Origin: Hyphomicrobiales bacterium
Lineage (GTDB): Bacteria > Pseudomonadota > Alphaproteobacteria > Rhizobiales > JAJFHC01
Assembly (NCBI GenBank): GCA_965227875.1
Contig: OZ245783.1
Location: forward strand, 4,769,929-4,833,928
Reading direction: 5' to 3'
DNA length: 64,000 nt
How positions within the stretch are numbered: the stretch's first letter is position 1; each line of letters begins with the position of its first letter. Shown piece after piece: positions 54,708 to 64,000 of this stretch. Made by a program: the position numbers and the translations under genes. The notes beneath the pieces are model-generated. The model was not told the DNA's origin, did not search any database, and was given only the letters and a program-made list of their open reading frames with translations.

Positions 54708-55048
54708 CCCGCGGGCACCGCGCGCACATCGCTTCATCCCGCTCCAAGTAACCGGAAGGACAATCGCTGCGGTGGCGGTTTCTCTTGAAAAATGCATGTA
54801 CGATAACCGGTTGCGGCGTGTTCTGCATGCATTACATGAGCAAGACTGAAACCTGACTTTGGTTTTCAGCTCCATTCCGGATATATTCACTACAGAGCGC
54901 AAGTTGCCCTAATGCATCACCGTGGCGGTGAATTGGGTTCATCGGGCATTCATGCTTGCATGCCTATCCTCGTGACAGGCACCATGTTCGCTAAGTCATA
55001 GGAATTTCGTCCGGATTCGTATGTGGCCGGACCGGAAGGGGCGTTGCG

Positions 55049-56968
55049 TTGAGTAAGTCCGTCGATAGGGCAATTGCGGTCCTCATGACCGTGGTGTCCG
55101 CAGTCTCGCTCTGCGGAATCGGCGGCCTGTCCCGTGCTCATGCCTTCGAGATCTTCGGCATCACGCTTTTCGGCGAGTCGGCTGAGGAAAAGGCTGCGAA
55201 GGCGGCGAAACTCTACTACAAGGTCGAGTTCGACATCCGCCCGGCCAACGACGACATCCGCGAAAAACTCGAGGCCGTTTCCACGTTGCATAACCTGCGC
55301 AACCGGCCGCCCGCCGACGTTCCCGCATTGCGGGCCCGCGCGGAGGCCGACGTCCCGCGCCTGGTTGCCGGCCTCTACACGGAAGGCCGTTACGGTGGAA
55401 CGGTGGACATTTCGATCGCAGGACGGCCGCTTGCCTCGATCCGCCCCTCCACACCGCTTAGCCGCGGCAAGGAACCCCTGCCGATACGGATCGTCGTCGA
55501 AACCGGGCCCGAGTTCGTTTTCGGGTCCGTCCGGATCCGCCAACCGTCGGAGCGCGACGGCGCGCCGTCCGCAGATCCGAGGCTCTATGGCATCGAACCC
55601 GGACAAACGGCCCGATCCGACGCCGTGCTCGATGCGGAAAACAAGATCGTCAGGGCCTGGCGCGAAGCCGGATATCCCCTGGCGGAAGTGACCGACCGCG
55701 ATGTCGTGGCCGACCACAAGACGGCACGTCTCGACGTCGTCCTGAACGTTCGCTCGGATCGCCGAGCGGATTTCGGCGAGGTGACCGTCGACGGCACCGA
55801 ACACATGGATACAGCCTTCACGGCCCGGCATACCGGCATCGTCGCCGGCACCCGCTACTCGCCTGTCGACGTCGAGGAAGCCCGCGAAAGACTGCGTCGC
55901 CTCGATGTCTTCGAGAGCGTGCGCATCACGGAATCGAACGCATTGACGAAGGGCGACCGTCTCCCCTTGGCCGTGACCGTGACCGAACGCAAGCGGCGCA
56001 TCATCGGGGCCAACGTCGGATGGTCGAGCATCGACGGTGGCGAGGTCGAGGCCTACTGGGGGCACCGGAACCTCTTCGGCCGTGCAGAGCGCGTTCGGAT
56101 CGAGGGCACCGTGGCGCAGTTCGGCGCCCGCCCCTTCGATGAGCTCAAGTACCGTATCGCCGTCGCGTTTCTCAAGCCGGGCGTTCTCGACGTCGACACC
56201 GACCTCTTCGCGAATGCCGTCTTGCTGCGCGAACATCCCGAAGCCTACGAGAGCCGGTCGGCGACCGCCGAACTGGGTCTGCGCCACCGCTTCACGAGGC
56301 ACCTCACCGGGAGCATCGCCGGCGAGGTCGAGGTGTCCGAGACCGACGATGCGTTCGGAACGGAGACTTTCACGCTCGTCGGCCTGCCCGCCGCCCTCAC
56401 CTATGACAGCCGCGACAATCTCCTCGACCCGACCAGAGGGTTTCTTGGCACCGCCCGGTTCGAGCCATTCTACGACCTGCTGAACGACAATGTCTTCTTC
56501 GTCTCGCGCGCGGACCTGGCCGCCTATCGTGGCCTGGACGAGGACAACAAGTTCATCGCGGCCGGTCGTATCGGCGTCGGGACGATCGCCGGCGCACATC
56601 TTGACGAGATCCCCGCTGAACGCCGGTTCTTCGCAGGCGGCGGCGGTTCCATCAGAGGTTATGCCTACCGCAATGTCGGACCAAGGAGGAATGGTGAGGT
56701 CGTGGGTGGCCGGAGCGTCGTGGAAGCCAGTGCGGAACTGCGCGCGCGGATAACCGAGACGGTCGGCATTGTGCCGTTCATCGATGCCGGTCTTGTCGCG
56801 AAGGACCCCGTTCCCGGCTCTGACGTGAAGTTCCAGGTAGGTGCGGGTATCGGCCTGAGATATTATACCGCGATCGGCCCGGTAAGGTTCGATCTCGCGG
56901 TCCCGTTCGATCCCGAAGACGACGATCCGGACTTCGCCTTCTATGCCGGGCTCGGACAGGCGTTCTGA
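55049..56968 (+). CDS. tamA: Translocation and assembly module outer-membrane protein (Omp85/BamA family)
   Basis: TTG start. POTRA-like N-terminus. C-terminal barrel 'FFAGGGGSIRGYAY...RFDLAVPF...YAGLGQAF'. Paired with tamB. Confidence 0.85.
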   Translation: MSKSVDRAIAVLMTVVSAVSLCGIGGLSRAHAFEIFGITLFGESAEEKAAKAAKLYYKVEFDIRPANDDIREKLEAVSTLHNLRNRPPADVPALRARAEADVPRLVAGLYTEGRYGGTVDISIAGRPLASIRPSTPLSRGKEPLPIRIVVETGPEFVFGSVRIRQPSERDGAPSADPRLYGIEPGQTARSDAVLDAENKIVRAWREAGYPLAEVTDRDVVADHKTARLDVVLNVRSDRRADFGEVTVDGTEHMDTAFTARHTGIVAGTRYSPVDVEEARERLRRLDVFESVRITESNALTKGDRLPLAVTVTERKRRIIGANVGWSSIDGGEVEAYWGHRNLFGRAERVRIEGTVAQFGARPFDELKYRIAVAFLKPGVLDVDTDLFANAVLLREHPEAYESRSATAELGLRHRFTRHLTGSIAGEVEVSETDDAFGTETFTLVGLPAALTYDSRDNLLDPTRGFLGTARFEPFYDLLNDNVFFVSRADLAAYRGLDEDNKFIAAGRIGVGTIAGAHLDEIPAERRFFAGGGGSIRGYAYRNVGPRRNGEVVGGRSVVEASAELRARITETVGIVPFIDAGLVAKDPVPGSDVKFQVGAGIGLRYYTAIGPVRFDLAVPFDPEDDDPDFAFYAGLGQAF

Positions 56969-59900
56969 TGATTTCGAAACCCAGGAAAAGAAAGTGGCTC
57001 CGCTGGTTGTTGATCGCCGGAGTCCCGCTCCTCGCTGTCATCCTCCTGATTGCCGGACTGCTGTTCACGCTGCCCGGACGAAATCTTCTCGCGGGCGTGG
57101 CGGAAAAACTCGTGAGCAGTCCAGGCCAGGTGGTCGACATCGGCCGGATCGGCGGGGAGTCGCTCTCCTCGCTGGATGTGAATCACGTCACCGTTTCGGA
57201 CAGTGACGGTCCTTGGTTCCAGTTGCGCGACGTGACCCTCGACTGGTCGCCCTGGGACCTGCTCTCGGGCAGGCTGACGGTTGAAAGTTTCAGGGCGAAA
57301 AACGCGGTCATCGCCCACCTGCCCCCCGACCAGGCGCAGGAAGACGACTCCGGGAGCGCAAGCCTCCCCGTCTCCATCGATGTCCGCGAACTTGCCCTTG
57401 AACGCATCGACCTTGGCCAGTCGGTCCTTGGCACGTCCGCCGCGGTCGCGCTCACCGGTTCTGCCCGGATCGACGACCTCGCGAGCGGGATTGACGGGAA
57501 ACTGGCGCTCCGCAGGCTGGACGCGCCAGGCAATGTCGAAGGAGAATTCCTCTACCGGCCTTCCGACGCCCGGCTGACCACCCGCCTGACGGCAAGCGAA
57601 CCGGAAGGCGGCCTGATCGTCCGTAGCCTGGCGATCGAAGGCCTCCCCTCCCTGACGGCATCGATCGACGGTGACGGAACGCTCGACGACTGGCGCACGG
57701 ATCTGAAGGTCGACATCGGCGGCGACCGGCTGCTGGAAGGCGAGGCAGGCATTCGCAAACAGGATCAGGGACACCGCCTGTCCTATTCGCTCAAGGCGCG
57801 CCCGTCGCCACTGCTCGCATCGAACATCCGCAGTCTCTTCGACGGGGAGCTCGTTGTCGACGGCGCCGCGAACCGGTCCGGCGAGGGTCAAATAGAGCTC
57901 GAAACGACACGGATATCGAACCGGCGCCTGACGGCCGACCTTGCCGCACGGATGTCGCCGGACGGCGCCCTGCGCGACGCGAAGATCGTCGCCGATCTTC
58001 ACGCCGAAACGGCACCGCATGAGGTGCCACTGGGCGACGGGGAACGCATCGCGGTCGGGTCAGGACGCCTCGAAGTCACCGCGAGGACCTCGGACGGCAT
58101 CCTGGGGATAATCGGCTCGCTGGGTGCGGCCAACCTCGAGGCGCCCGACGTCGCGTCGGGACGGCTGAACGCCACGTTCGAAGCCGCCGCTGATCCTCGC
58201 ATTCTCTCGGGAACGACTGCCCTCGACCGGTTCGAAATCACCGCGGAAGCACAGGACATAAGCCGACTGCCGGCGGAACTCGCAGAAGTGGTGGGTCGCA
58301 ACGTGACCGTTGAGGCCCGCGGTGCATTCCGCGATGGCACGGTGCAGGTCGCAACGGCCAATATTACGTCCGAACTCGGCGACGTTGCCCTGGAAAACAG
58401 CGTCATCGACCGCGAACGCTTCTCCGGCCGATTCTCGGCACTGTTGCCGGACCTGTCCCGGCTGACGCCACTCGTCAGCCAGGCGATAGCGGGTCGTCTC
58501 GAGATCGGCGGAGACGCGGAGGTTGCGTTTGCCGATGCAGGCGCGCGGCTCGACATTGAAGGCAACACAAAAGGTCTTGTCACCGGCATCGCCCAGGCGG
58601 ACGCCCTTCTGGGAGACGTCGTAAATCTTCGTGGCGGCGTGGCGACTTCCGGCAACGTGGTCTCCTTCGAAAGCCTCCGCATCACGGGCAGGCACCTGAG
58701 CGCCTCCGTCGACGGAACGATTGGCGGCGCGACCGCCAGACTGTCCGCCCAGGGCCAGATCGGCGACCTGTCGGTCGTCTCCCCGGAACTGGCCGGATCG
58801 ATCGGCTTCGATGCGTCCGTGGTCGGCAGCCGCGACAACGCGAAAATGTCCGCCGTCCTCTCCGGGACGGCAATCACGGTGAACGGCAGATCCTTCAGCA
58901 ATCCGTCCATCCGCTTCGACGGCTCCGGCCCCATCGATGCGCCGACAGGAAAACTGGCCATTGCCGGGGAATTCGCCGACCGCAAGCTGGCCGGGAACGG
59001 CGACGTCACGGTAACGCAGGCCGGTGCGGGAAAGGTCGAGAACCTCGTGCTGACATATGGCGAGGCCAAGGCAAGCGGCTCGGTCGCCTATGTCCCGTCG
59101 GAAGGACCGTCGGGTGCGCTCTTGCTGAGTTTGCCGGACCTGAGCGCATTCAACGACTTGACCGGTGTCGCCGTCGCCGGATCCCTGACGGCGGATGCGG
59201 CACTGGCCCGTGAAGACGGCAAGGTGTCGCTCCGGGCCGAGGGCTTCGCGGAGAACCTGGTTTACGAGAACGTGCAAATCCGCCGCATCGACCTGAACGG
59301 ACGGGTTGGCGACATCTTCTCGCGTCCGGTTGCCGAGGGTCGTGCAGACATCCTCGACCTCGTTTCGGATGGCACCCGCTTGCCCAACACCCGGATCACC
59401 GCCATTGCGGGCGAAGACACCACACGACTCACGGTGGCGACACGGGTGATGGATACAGACCTCACGGCCGGCGGCGGTGTGCTGGTCGACGGTCAGCGAA
59501 TTACGGTGTCCCTGCGCGATGCCAGCGCGACCAGGGGTGGACAGACCGTCACCCTTGCCCAACCCACGGATATTCTCGTCGAAGACGGACGTGCGATTTT
59601 GAGGAATGTCCGTCTATTGGCCGGCAACGGCACGGCGACGATCAATGGTACGGCGAGCCAGACACTCGACATCACGACGAGCCTCGTCAGGTTTCCCGTC
59701 GGCCTGGCAAATGCCTTCGTGCCCGATCTGGGCGCGGAAGGTGAGATCTCCGGAACGATTCAGGTGACGGGCCCGGCCTCGGCGCCTGCCGGCCGGTATG
59801 ACCTGACCGCCACCGGGATATCGCTGGCAGCCATGCGTCAGAACGGACTTGCGCCCCTGTCCGGTCGTGCGGACGGTCGGTTGACGGACGGTCGGCTGAC

Positions 59901-61251
59901 CGTCGACGGGCGGATTACCGGCCGGGACGGCATGGCGCTCGACCTTTCCGGAAGCCTGCCGGCAGGGTCCGACACACCACTCGATCTCAAGGCGGCTGGC
60001 AGCGTACCGCTCGCCCTCGCCGACCCGGCGCTGGCCACCCGCGGCGGGTCGATCAGCGGTCTCCTGCGCGCCGATATCACTGTGACCGGCCCACCCGCAG
60101 CGCCGGTCGTCGAAGGTGTCTTCACCACCACGGACGCCCGTCTCCGCGACCCGGAATCCGGAATCGACATTTCCGGCATCTCGGCGCGCGTCCGGATGGA
60201 CACCGAGACCGTCACGATCGAGCAGTTCACCGGCAGCACGGCCCGCGACGGACGCATTTCGGCCGGCGGTCGCATCGGACTCGCCGCCGGCAATCCTGCC
60301 GACGTGAAGATCACTGCCCGGAACTTCAACATCGAGAACGAGCAACTGGTCAAGGGGACGCTCGATGCGGACCTCGCGCTGACCGGCCCGCTCACGGCGG
60401 GACCGTCGCTTGGCGGCAAGATCGACATCTCACGGCTCGACATCACCATTCCCGACGCGCTGCCGCCGTCGGTGCGCAAGCTCGACGTGCGTCACAAGAA
60501 CGCGCGGCCGGCCGTACGCCGGCAGGCGGAAGCCTTGCGCAAGAAGGAAAAGGACGGGCCGTCCCTCCCCGTATCCCTGGACCTGCGCATAAACGCGGCA
60601 AACAGGATCTTCGTTCGCGGACGCGGCATCGATGCGGTGCTCGGAGGCAGTGTCGGTCTTTCCGGCACGACCAACGATCCGGTGATCGACGGCGCCTTCA
60701 GACTGGCGCGCGGGCGACTCGACATTCTCGATCGCCGGCTCGATTTCTCCCGCGGCAATGTGGAATTCACGGGCACCGCGGATCCCCAGCTCGACTTCGC
60801 GGCCGGGACGATCACTTCGGCGGCACAGGTATCCATTCTGGTGAGCGGCCCGGCCAGCGAACCGAAGTTCACGTTCGAATCCGCGCCCGAACTGCCCCAG
60901 GACGAGGTTCTGGCCCAGCTGATCTTTAACCGCTCCGTCTCGGAACTCTCACCGCTTCAGATCGCGCGCCTGAGCAGTGAAATCGCCCGTCTCGGCGGGC
61001 TTGCCGGCGGCACCAGCCTGCTCGGCGAACTGCAGAACGCCCTCGGTATCGACGAACTCGACCTGTCCGGCGGCGGGGCGAGCGCCGGACGTTACGTCAA
61101 CGAGAACGTTTATCTCGGCGTGCAGCAGTCCGGCACGGACTCCGGCAGCGCGGTCATCGACCTCGATATCACCAAAAACCTGAAAGCTCGCGGCGAGTTC
61201 GGCTCGGATGGCAATTCCAAGGTCGGTGTCGGCGTCGAATTCGAGTACTGA
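56968..61251 (+). CDS. tamB: Translocation and assembly module inner-membrane protein (DUF490)
   Basis: 1427 aa. N-terminal TM 'WLRWLLIAGVPLLAVILLIAGLLF'. C-terminal DUF490-like 'VSILVSGPASEPKFTFESAPELPQDEVLAQLIF'. ATGA-type overlap with tamA. Confidence 0.88.
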   Translation: MISKPRKRKWLRWLLIAGVPLLAVILLIAGLLFTLPGRNLLAGVAEKLVSSPGQVVDIGRIGGESLSSLDVNHVTVSDSDGPWFQLRDVTLDWSPWDLLSGRLTVESFRAKNAVIAHLPPDQAQEDDSGSASLPVSIDVRELALERIDLGQSVLGTSAAVALTGSARIDDLASGIDGKLALRRLDAPGNVEGEFLYRPSDARLTTRLTASEPEGGLIVRSLAIEGLPSLTASIDGDGTLDDWRTDLKVDIGGDRLLEGEAGIRKQDQGHRLSYSLKARPSPLLASNIRSLFDGELVVDGAANRSGEGQIELETTRISNRRLTADLAARMSPDGALRDAKIVADLHAETAPHEVPLGDGERIAVGSGRLEVTARTSDGILGIIGSLGAANLEAPDVASGRLNATFEAAADPRILSGTTALDRFEITAEAQDISRLPAELAEVVGRNVTVEARGAFRDGTVQVATANITSELGDVALENSVIDRERFSGRFSALLPDLSRLTPLVSQAIAGRLEIGGDAEVAFADAGARLDIEGNTKGLVTGIAQADALLGDVVNLRGGVATSGNVVSFESLRITGRHLSASVDGTIGGATARLSAQGQIGDLSVVSPELAGSIGFDASVVGSRDNAKMSAVLSGTAITVNGRSFSNPSIRFDGSGPIDAPTGKLAIAGEFADRKLAGNGDVTVTQAGAGKVENLVLTYGEAKASGSVAYVPSEGPSGALLLSLPDLSAFNDLTGVAVAGSLTADAALAREDGKVSLRAEGFAENLVYENVQIRRIDLNGRVGDIFSRPVAEGRADILDLVSDGTRLPNTRITAIAGEDTTRLTVATRVMDTDLTAGGGVLVDGQRITVSLRDASATRGGQTVTLAQPTDILVEDGRAILRNVRLLAGNGTATINGTASQTLDITTSLVRFPVGLANAFVPDLGAEGEISGTIQVTGPASAPAGRYDLTATGISLAAMRQNGLAPLSGRADGRLTDGRLTVDGRITGRDGMALDLSGSLPAGSDTPLDLKAAGSVPLALADPALATRGGSISGLLRADITVTGPPAAPVVEGVFTTTDARLRDPESGIDISGISARVRMDTETVTIEQFTGSTARDGRISAGGRIGLAAGNPADVKITARNFNIENEQLVKGTLDADLALTGPLTAGPSLGGKIDISRLDITIPDALPPSVRKLDVRHKNARPAVRRQAEALRKKEKDGPSLPVSLDLRINAANRIFVRGRGIDAVLGGSVGLSGTTNDPVIDGAFRLARGRLDILDRRLDFSRGNVEFTGTADPQLDFAAGTITSAAQVSILVSGPASEPKFTFESAPELPQDEVLAQLIFNRSVSELSPLQIARLSSEIARLGGLAGGTSLLGELQNALGIDELDLSGGGASAGRYVNENVYLGVQQSGTDSGSAVIDLDITKNLKARGEFGSDGNSKVGVGVEFEY

Positions 61252-61260
61252 AACCGTCGT

Positions 61261-61530
61261 TCAGTGCGTCTGCAGCCATTCCCGGGCGCGGCGCTGCGCT
61301 TCGGCGATCTCGTCCGAGCTCATTTCACTGGCGATCTCCGCGCGGTAATCACGTGCAGCATCATTCCCCTTGAGTGCTGCGAGATTGAACCACTTGTGCG
61401 CGGACACCAGATCCTGCTCCACGTCCATGCCTGCCGAATACAGCAGCCCCAGACCGAACAGCGAGTCGGCGGTCGCCGCCGGCACCGAAATTTCGTCTTT
61501 GTCGATTTCCGAAAATGCAATACGAGCCAT
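61261..61530 (-). CDS. Sel1-repeat (TPR-like) small protein
   Basis: 'LGLLYSAGMDVEQDLVSAHKWFNLAALKGNDAAR' is the Sel1 consensus. Confidence 0.75.
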   Translation of the reverse strand: MARIAFSEIDKDEISVPAATADSLFGLGLLYSAGMDVEQDLVSAHKWFNLAALKGNDAARDYRAEIASEMSSDEIAEAQRRAREWLQTH

Positions 61531-61838
61531 GAGTCTTCTCCCTCGTTCCCTTCATCCCAGTTGCAACCTGTGGCTGCAGATCAAGATTTAAGCTCCTGTA
61601 GGCTTCCTGCCTGTTTACGAGCATGATCGTGGGATGACCGCGTACAAAATCGGGTTAAACAGCACGCTTAACGAGTATTGAATCTCGCCGTAGGCAATTC
61701 TTAGGTTTATCTTTCGTTGACCCTGTTATCCGCAATTTTCAGCCACTTTTAGGACAATTTGCCGGATTTGGACGCAATGGCCGGTAACCTTTCGCTAAGC
61801 ACGTCAGTGTTTTCGCCGTTCATCGGCTGAAATTTTCC

Positions 61839-61896
61839 GACCGCCGAAGCCCCTGTCCGGGACCTCCCGAAACCCGGTATCTCGGGGTCGGCGGTC
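61839..61896 (+). other. Nested GC-rich hairpin 28 nt upstream of the DMT transporter start
   Basis: Outer stem GACCGCCGA(AG)CCCC / GGGGTCGGCGGTC. Inner stem CCGGG / CCCGG. Read directly. Confidence 0.5.
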
Positions 61897-61924
61897 TGCA
61901 CGTCAAACGCCGTGGGAAACGAAG

Positions 61925-62845
61925 ATGACAAACGACCGCCACTCCCTGCTGCCTTCGGTGATCGTGCTCGGCACGGGCGTATTCTGGGGCTTTTACTGGA
62001 TCCCGGTCCGGTCCCTGATCGAACACGGGCTGACGGGAGCCTGGGGCACGGTCGCCATCACTGTTTCCGCTGTATTCCTTCTGCTTCCCGCCGCGCTGCT
62101 TCGCCTGCCCCTGATCCTCCGCGCCGGCCCCGTGGCGCTGTCGTCCGTTGCCCTCGGCGGAGCCGCCTTTGCACTCTACTCCATCGGCTTCGGATACGGT
62201 CGCGTCGCGATCATCATCCTGCTCTATTTCCTGACGCCGGTGTGGAGCACGCTGATCGCCCGCTATGTCATGGGCTGGCATACACCGCGCATGCGGATCG
62301 TCGCCATCGCGATCGGGCTGGCCGGGCTGGCCGTCATGCTCAGCGCGAACGGCGAGTTGCCCCTGCCCCGCAGCATCGGAGAGTGGCTGTCGCTTTTTGC
62401 CGGGATATCCTGGTCCGTGGCCACCACCGGCATCCGGGCCAGACCGAACATCGGCCCGTTCGAAGCCACGTTCGTCTTCGCCTGTGGCGCGGCCGCCATC
62501 TCGCTTCTGCTGGCACCCGTGCTCGGCCTGCCCGCGAGCGGGCACCCCGGGACCGACGTCGACTACGGGTACATCGCCATGGTGTCGATCGGAACCGGCG
62601 GTGTCTGGTGGGCACTCTCCATCGGCGGCCTCATGTGGGCCACGCCCAGGCTGGAACCCGCGCGGGTCGGCATATTGCTCATGATCGAGGTCCTCGTCGG
62701 CGCGGTGTCCGCGGCAGTGCTCGCGGACGAATACCTGACGATCCTCGAAATCACGGGCGGCGCGCTGGTGCTCCTGGCCGGAATCCTCGAGCTCTGGCCT
62801 GTCCGGAAGGAAACCCGGCGACCGAAGAGCGGAGCGGACGATTGA
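61925..62845 (+). CDS. DMT-superfamily (EamA-like) transporter
   Basis: About 10 TM helices and two EamA-like halves. Confidence 0.8.
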   Translation: MTNDRHSLLPSVIVLGTGVFWGFYWIPVRSLIEHGLTGAWGTVAITVSAVFLLLPAALLRLPLILRAGPVALSSVALGGAAFALYSIGFGYGRVAIIILLYFLTPVWSTLIARYVMGWHTPRMRIVAIAIGLAGLAVMLSANGELPLPRSIGEWLSLFAGISWSVATTGIRARPNIGPFEATFVFACGAAAISLLLAPVLGLPASGHPGTDVDYGYIAMVSIGTGGVWWALSIGGLMWATPRLEPARVGILLMIEVLVGAVSAAVLADEYLTILEITGGALVLLAGILELWPVRKETRRPKSGADD

Positions 62846-62871
62846 TCGTCGCGTTGCCCCGGCAATGCAGC

Positions 62872-63136
62872 AGAGCGTATCTCGCTTACATGGAAGCGCT
62901 TTGACCGCGTTTTTGCGTCTGCCGGCAAGGCGTGCGACCCGCCGTGGTCTGGTTGACCATAAGGGGAGCACAACGCAGTCCGGCGGGCGCAAAAACACGG
63001 CCTTCGGTGGGCCAAATCCGTCCGTCGGCCACGTTGCGGCGCTTGCGAGATATCCCGCATCGCGCTGCGCACCGCGCCTTGCCGAACGAACGGATTTGGA
63101 ACCATCAAACGATTCCATGTAAGCGAGATACGCTCT
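62872..63136. repeat. 265-bp element with 24-bp perfect terminal inverted repeats (MITE-like or long structured intergenic element)
   Basis: AGAGCGTATCTCGCTTACATGGAA (62872-62895) is the exact reverse complement of 63113-63136. There is an internal imperfect inverted pair, CCAAATCCGTCCGTCGGC / GCCGAACGAACGGATTTGG. Confidence 0.7.
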
Positions 63137-63183
63137 AGGATCGCGTTGTCTCTGGAACGCACGCCTTTGAGGAGATCCCCGAA

Positions 63184-64000
63184 ATGCTGAGCGCATCGCA
63201 GATTTCGTCCTACAGGGAAAACGGTTACCTTCTGGTCGAAGACGCCGTTTCAGCAGACCAACTCGATCGCCTGAGGGAGATCACCTACGACCTGATCGAG
63301 CGCTCCCGCAATGTCACGGAAAGCGACGGTGTCTACGATCTCGACGAAGGACATTGCCCGGAACAGCCGCGACTCACCCGCATAAAGCTTCCGCATCGAC
63401 AGCACCCGTATTACTGGGACGTGCTCCGGAACTCCGCGATGACGGAGGTCCTGACCTCGCTTCTCGGTCCCGACACGATGATCCAGACCAGCAAGCTCAA
63501 CACCAAGGCGCCCGGAGGCGGCGCTGCGGTCGAGTGGCACCAGGACTGGGCCTTCTACCCGCACACCAATGACGACATGCTGGCCTTCGGCCTGATGCTC
63601 GAAGATGTGGACGAGGCCAACGGTCCGCTCCAGGTCATCCCCGGTTCCCACCAGGGTCCGGTTCTGTCGCACATGAATGCGGACGGGGTCTTCTGCGGCG
63701 CGGTCGATCCGGCCGATCCGGATTTCCACGCCGACCGGGCCGTCACCCTCACCGGCAAGGCCGGGTGCATGACGGTACATCACGTCCGCATGCTGCATGG
63801 TTCCGCTCCGAACATGTCGGATCGCAACCGCCTCGTCCTGTTCTACGAATGCCGTGCAGCCGACGCCTGGCCTCTGCTCGGTTCGGGTTCCTATGTCGGG
63901 TCGGCAGCGACACAGCAGGCGCTGTGGGACACCATGCAGGAAAGCGTGATCACCGGCCATTTCGCCGGTGTGCCCCGCATCGAGAAGGTACCGGTCCGTC
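63184..64000 (+). CDS. Phytanoyl-CoA dioxygenase (PhyH) family protein (3' end outside window)
   Basis: 'MLSASQISSYRENGYLLVEDAVS', 'VEWHQDWAFYPHTN', 'MTVHHVRMLHGSAPN'. The frame is open to the window edge. Confidence 0.8.
   Translation, partial: MLSASQISSYRENGYLLVEDAVSADQLDRLREITYDLIERSRNVTESDGVYDLDEGHCPEQPRLTRIKLPHRQHPYYWDVLRNSAMTEVLTSLLGPDTMIQTSKLNTKAPGGGAAVEWHQDWAFYPHTNDDMLAFGLMLEDVDEANGPLQVIPGSHQGPVLSHMNADGVFCGAVDPADPDFHADRAVTLTGKAGCMTVHHVRMLHGSAPNMSDRNRLVLFYECRAADAWPLLGSGSYVGSAATQQALWDTMQESVITGHFAGVPRIEKVPVR

Noticed and set aside
61655-61671. TTAA-N9-TTAA resembling a CtrA box
   Set aside because: The CtrA consensus is TTAA-N7-TTAAC. The spacing here is 9 nt, so it was not called.
62865-63122. 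85-aa ORF inside the inverted-repeat element
   Set aside because: It has no SD and a low-complexity translation. Its boundaries follow the repeat structure, so it is most likely non-coding.

Overview
This is a high-G+C chromosomal segment. Gene content and codon style suggest an alphaproteobacterium, which is an inference. About 55 protein genes can be supported.

Core metabolism and envelope genes:
- A complete five-step histidine-utilisation locus (hutC, hutU, hutH, hutF, hutI, hutG). It has two identical 12-bp HutC-type palindromic operators and an embedded Liv-type ABC importer.
- Heterotetrameric sarcosine oxidase (soxBDAG).
- sthA, qor, tamA/tamB and an autotransporter.

Accessory and unusual content:
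1. A 5.7-kb integrative island sits in tRNA-Ser(GCU), bounded by exact 20-bp direct repeats. It carries a tyrosine integrase, a small serine recombinase bracketed by 49-bp direct repeats, and an AbiJ-like protein next to a PLD-like protein. It also holds several families of non-coding repeats.
2. Beside the island is a three-gene operon ending in a signal-less DUF1906-SH3-CHAP peptidoglycan hydrolase.
3. A module of three adjacent same-strand genes: a SARP/TPR regulator, a PAP2/haloperoxidase-like protein with an N-terminal (Met-His-Gly)x9 repeat, and a large intracellular subtilase translationally coupled to it.
4. A five-gene operon of exported proteins rich in proteases.
5. A lower-G+C, translationally coupled two-gene insertion lies inside the hut locus. 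It encodes an unknown 444-aa exported protein and an 890-aa protein with five PPC-type repeats.
6. A 265-bp element with 24-bp terminal inverted repeats.

Functional calls rest on motifs read by eye. No database search was run.
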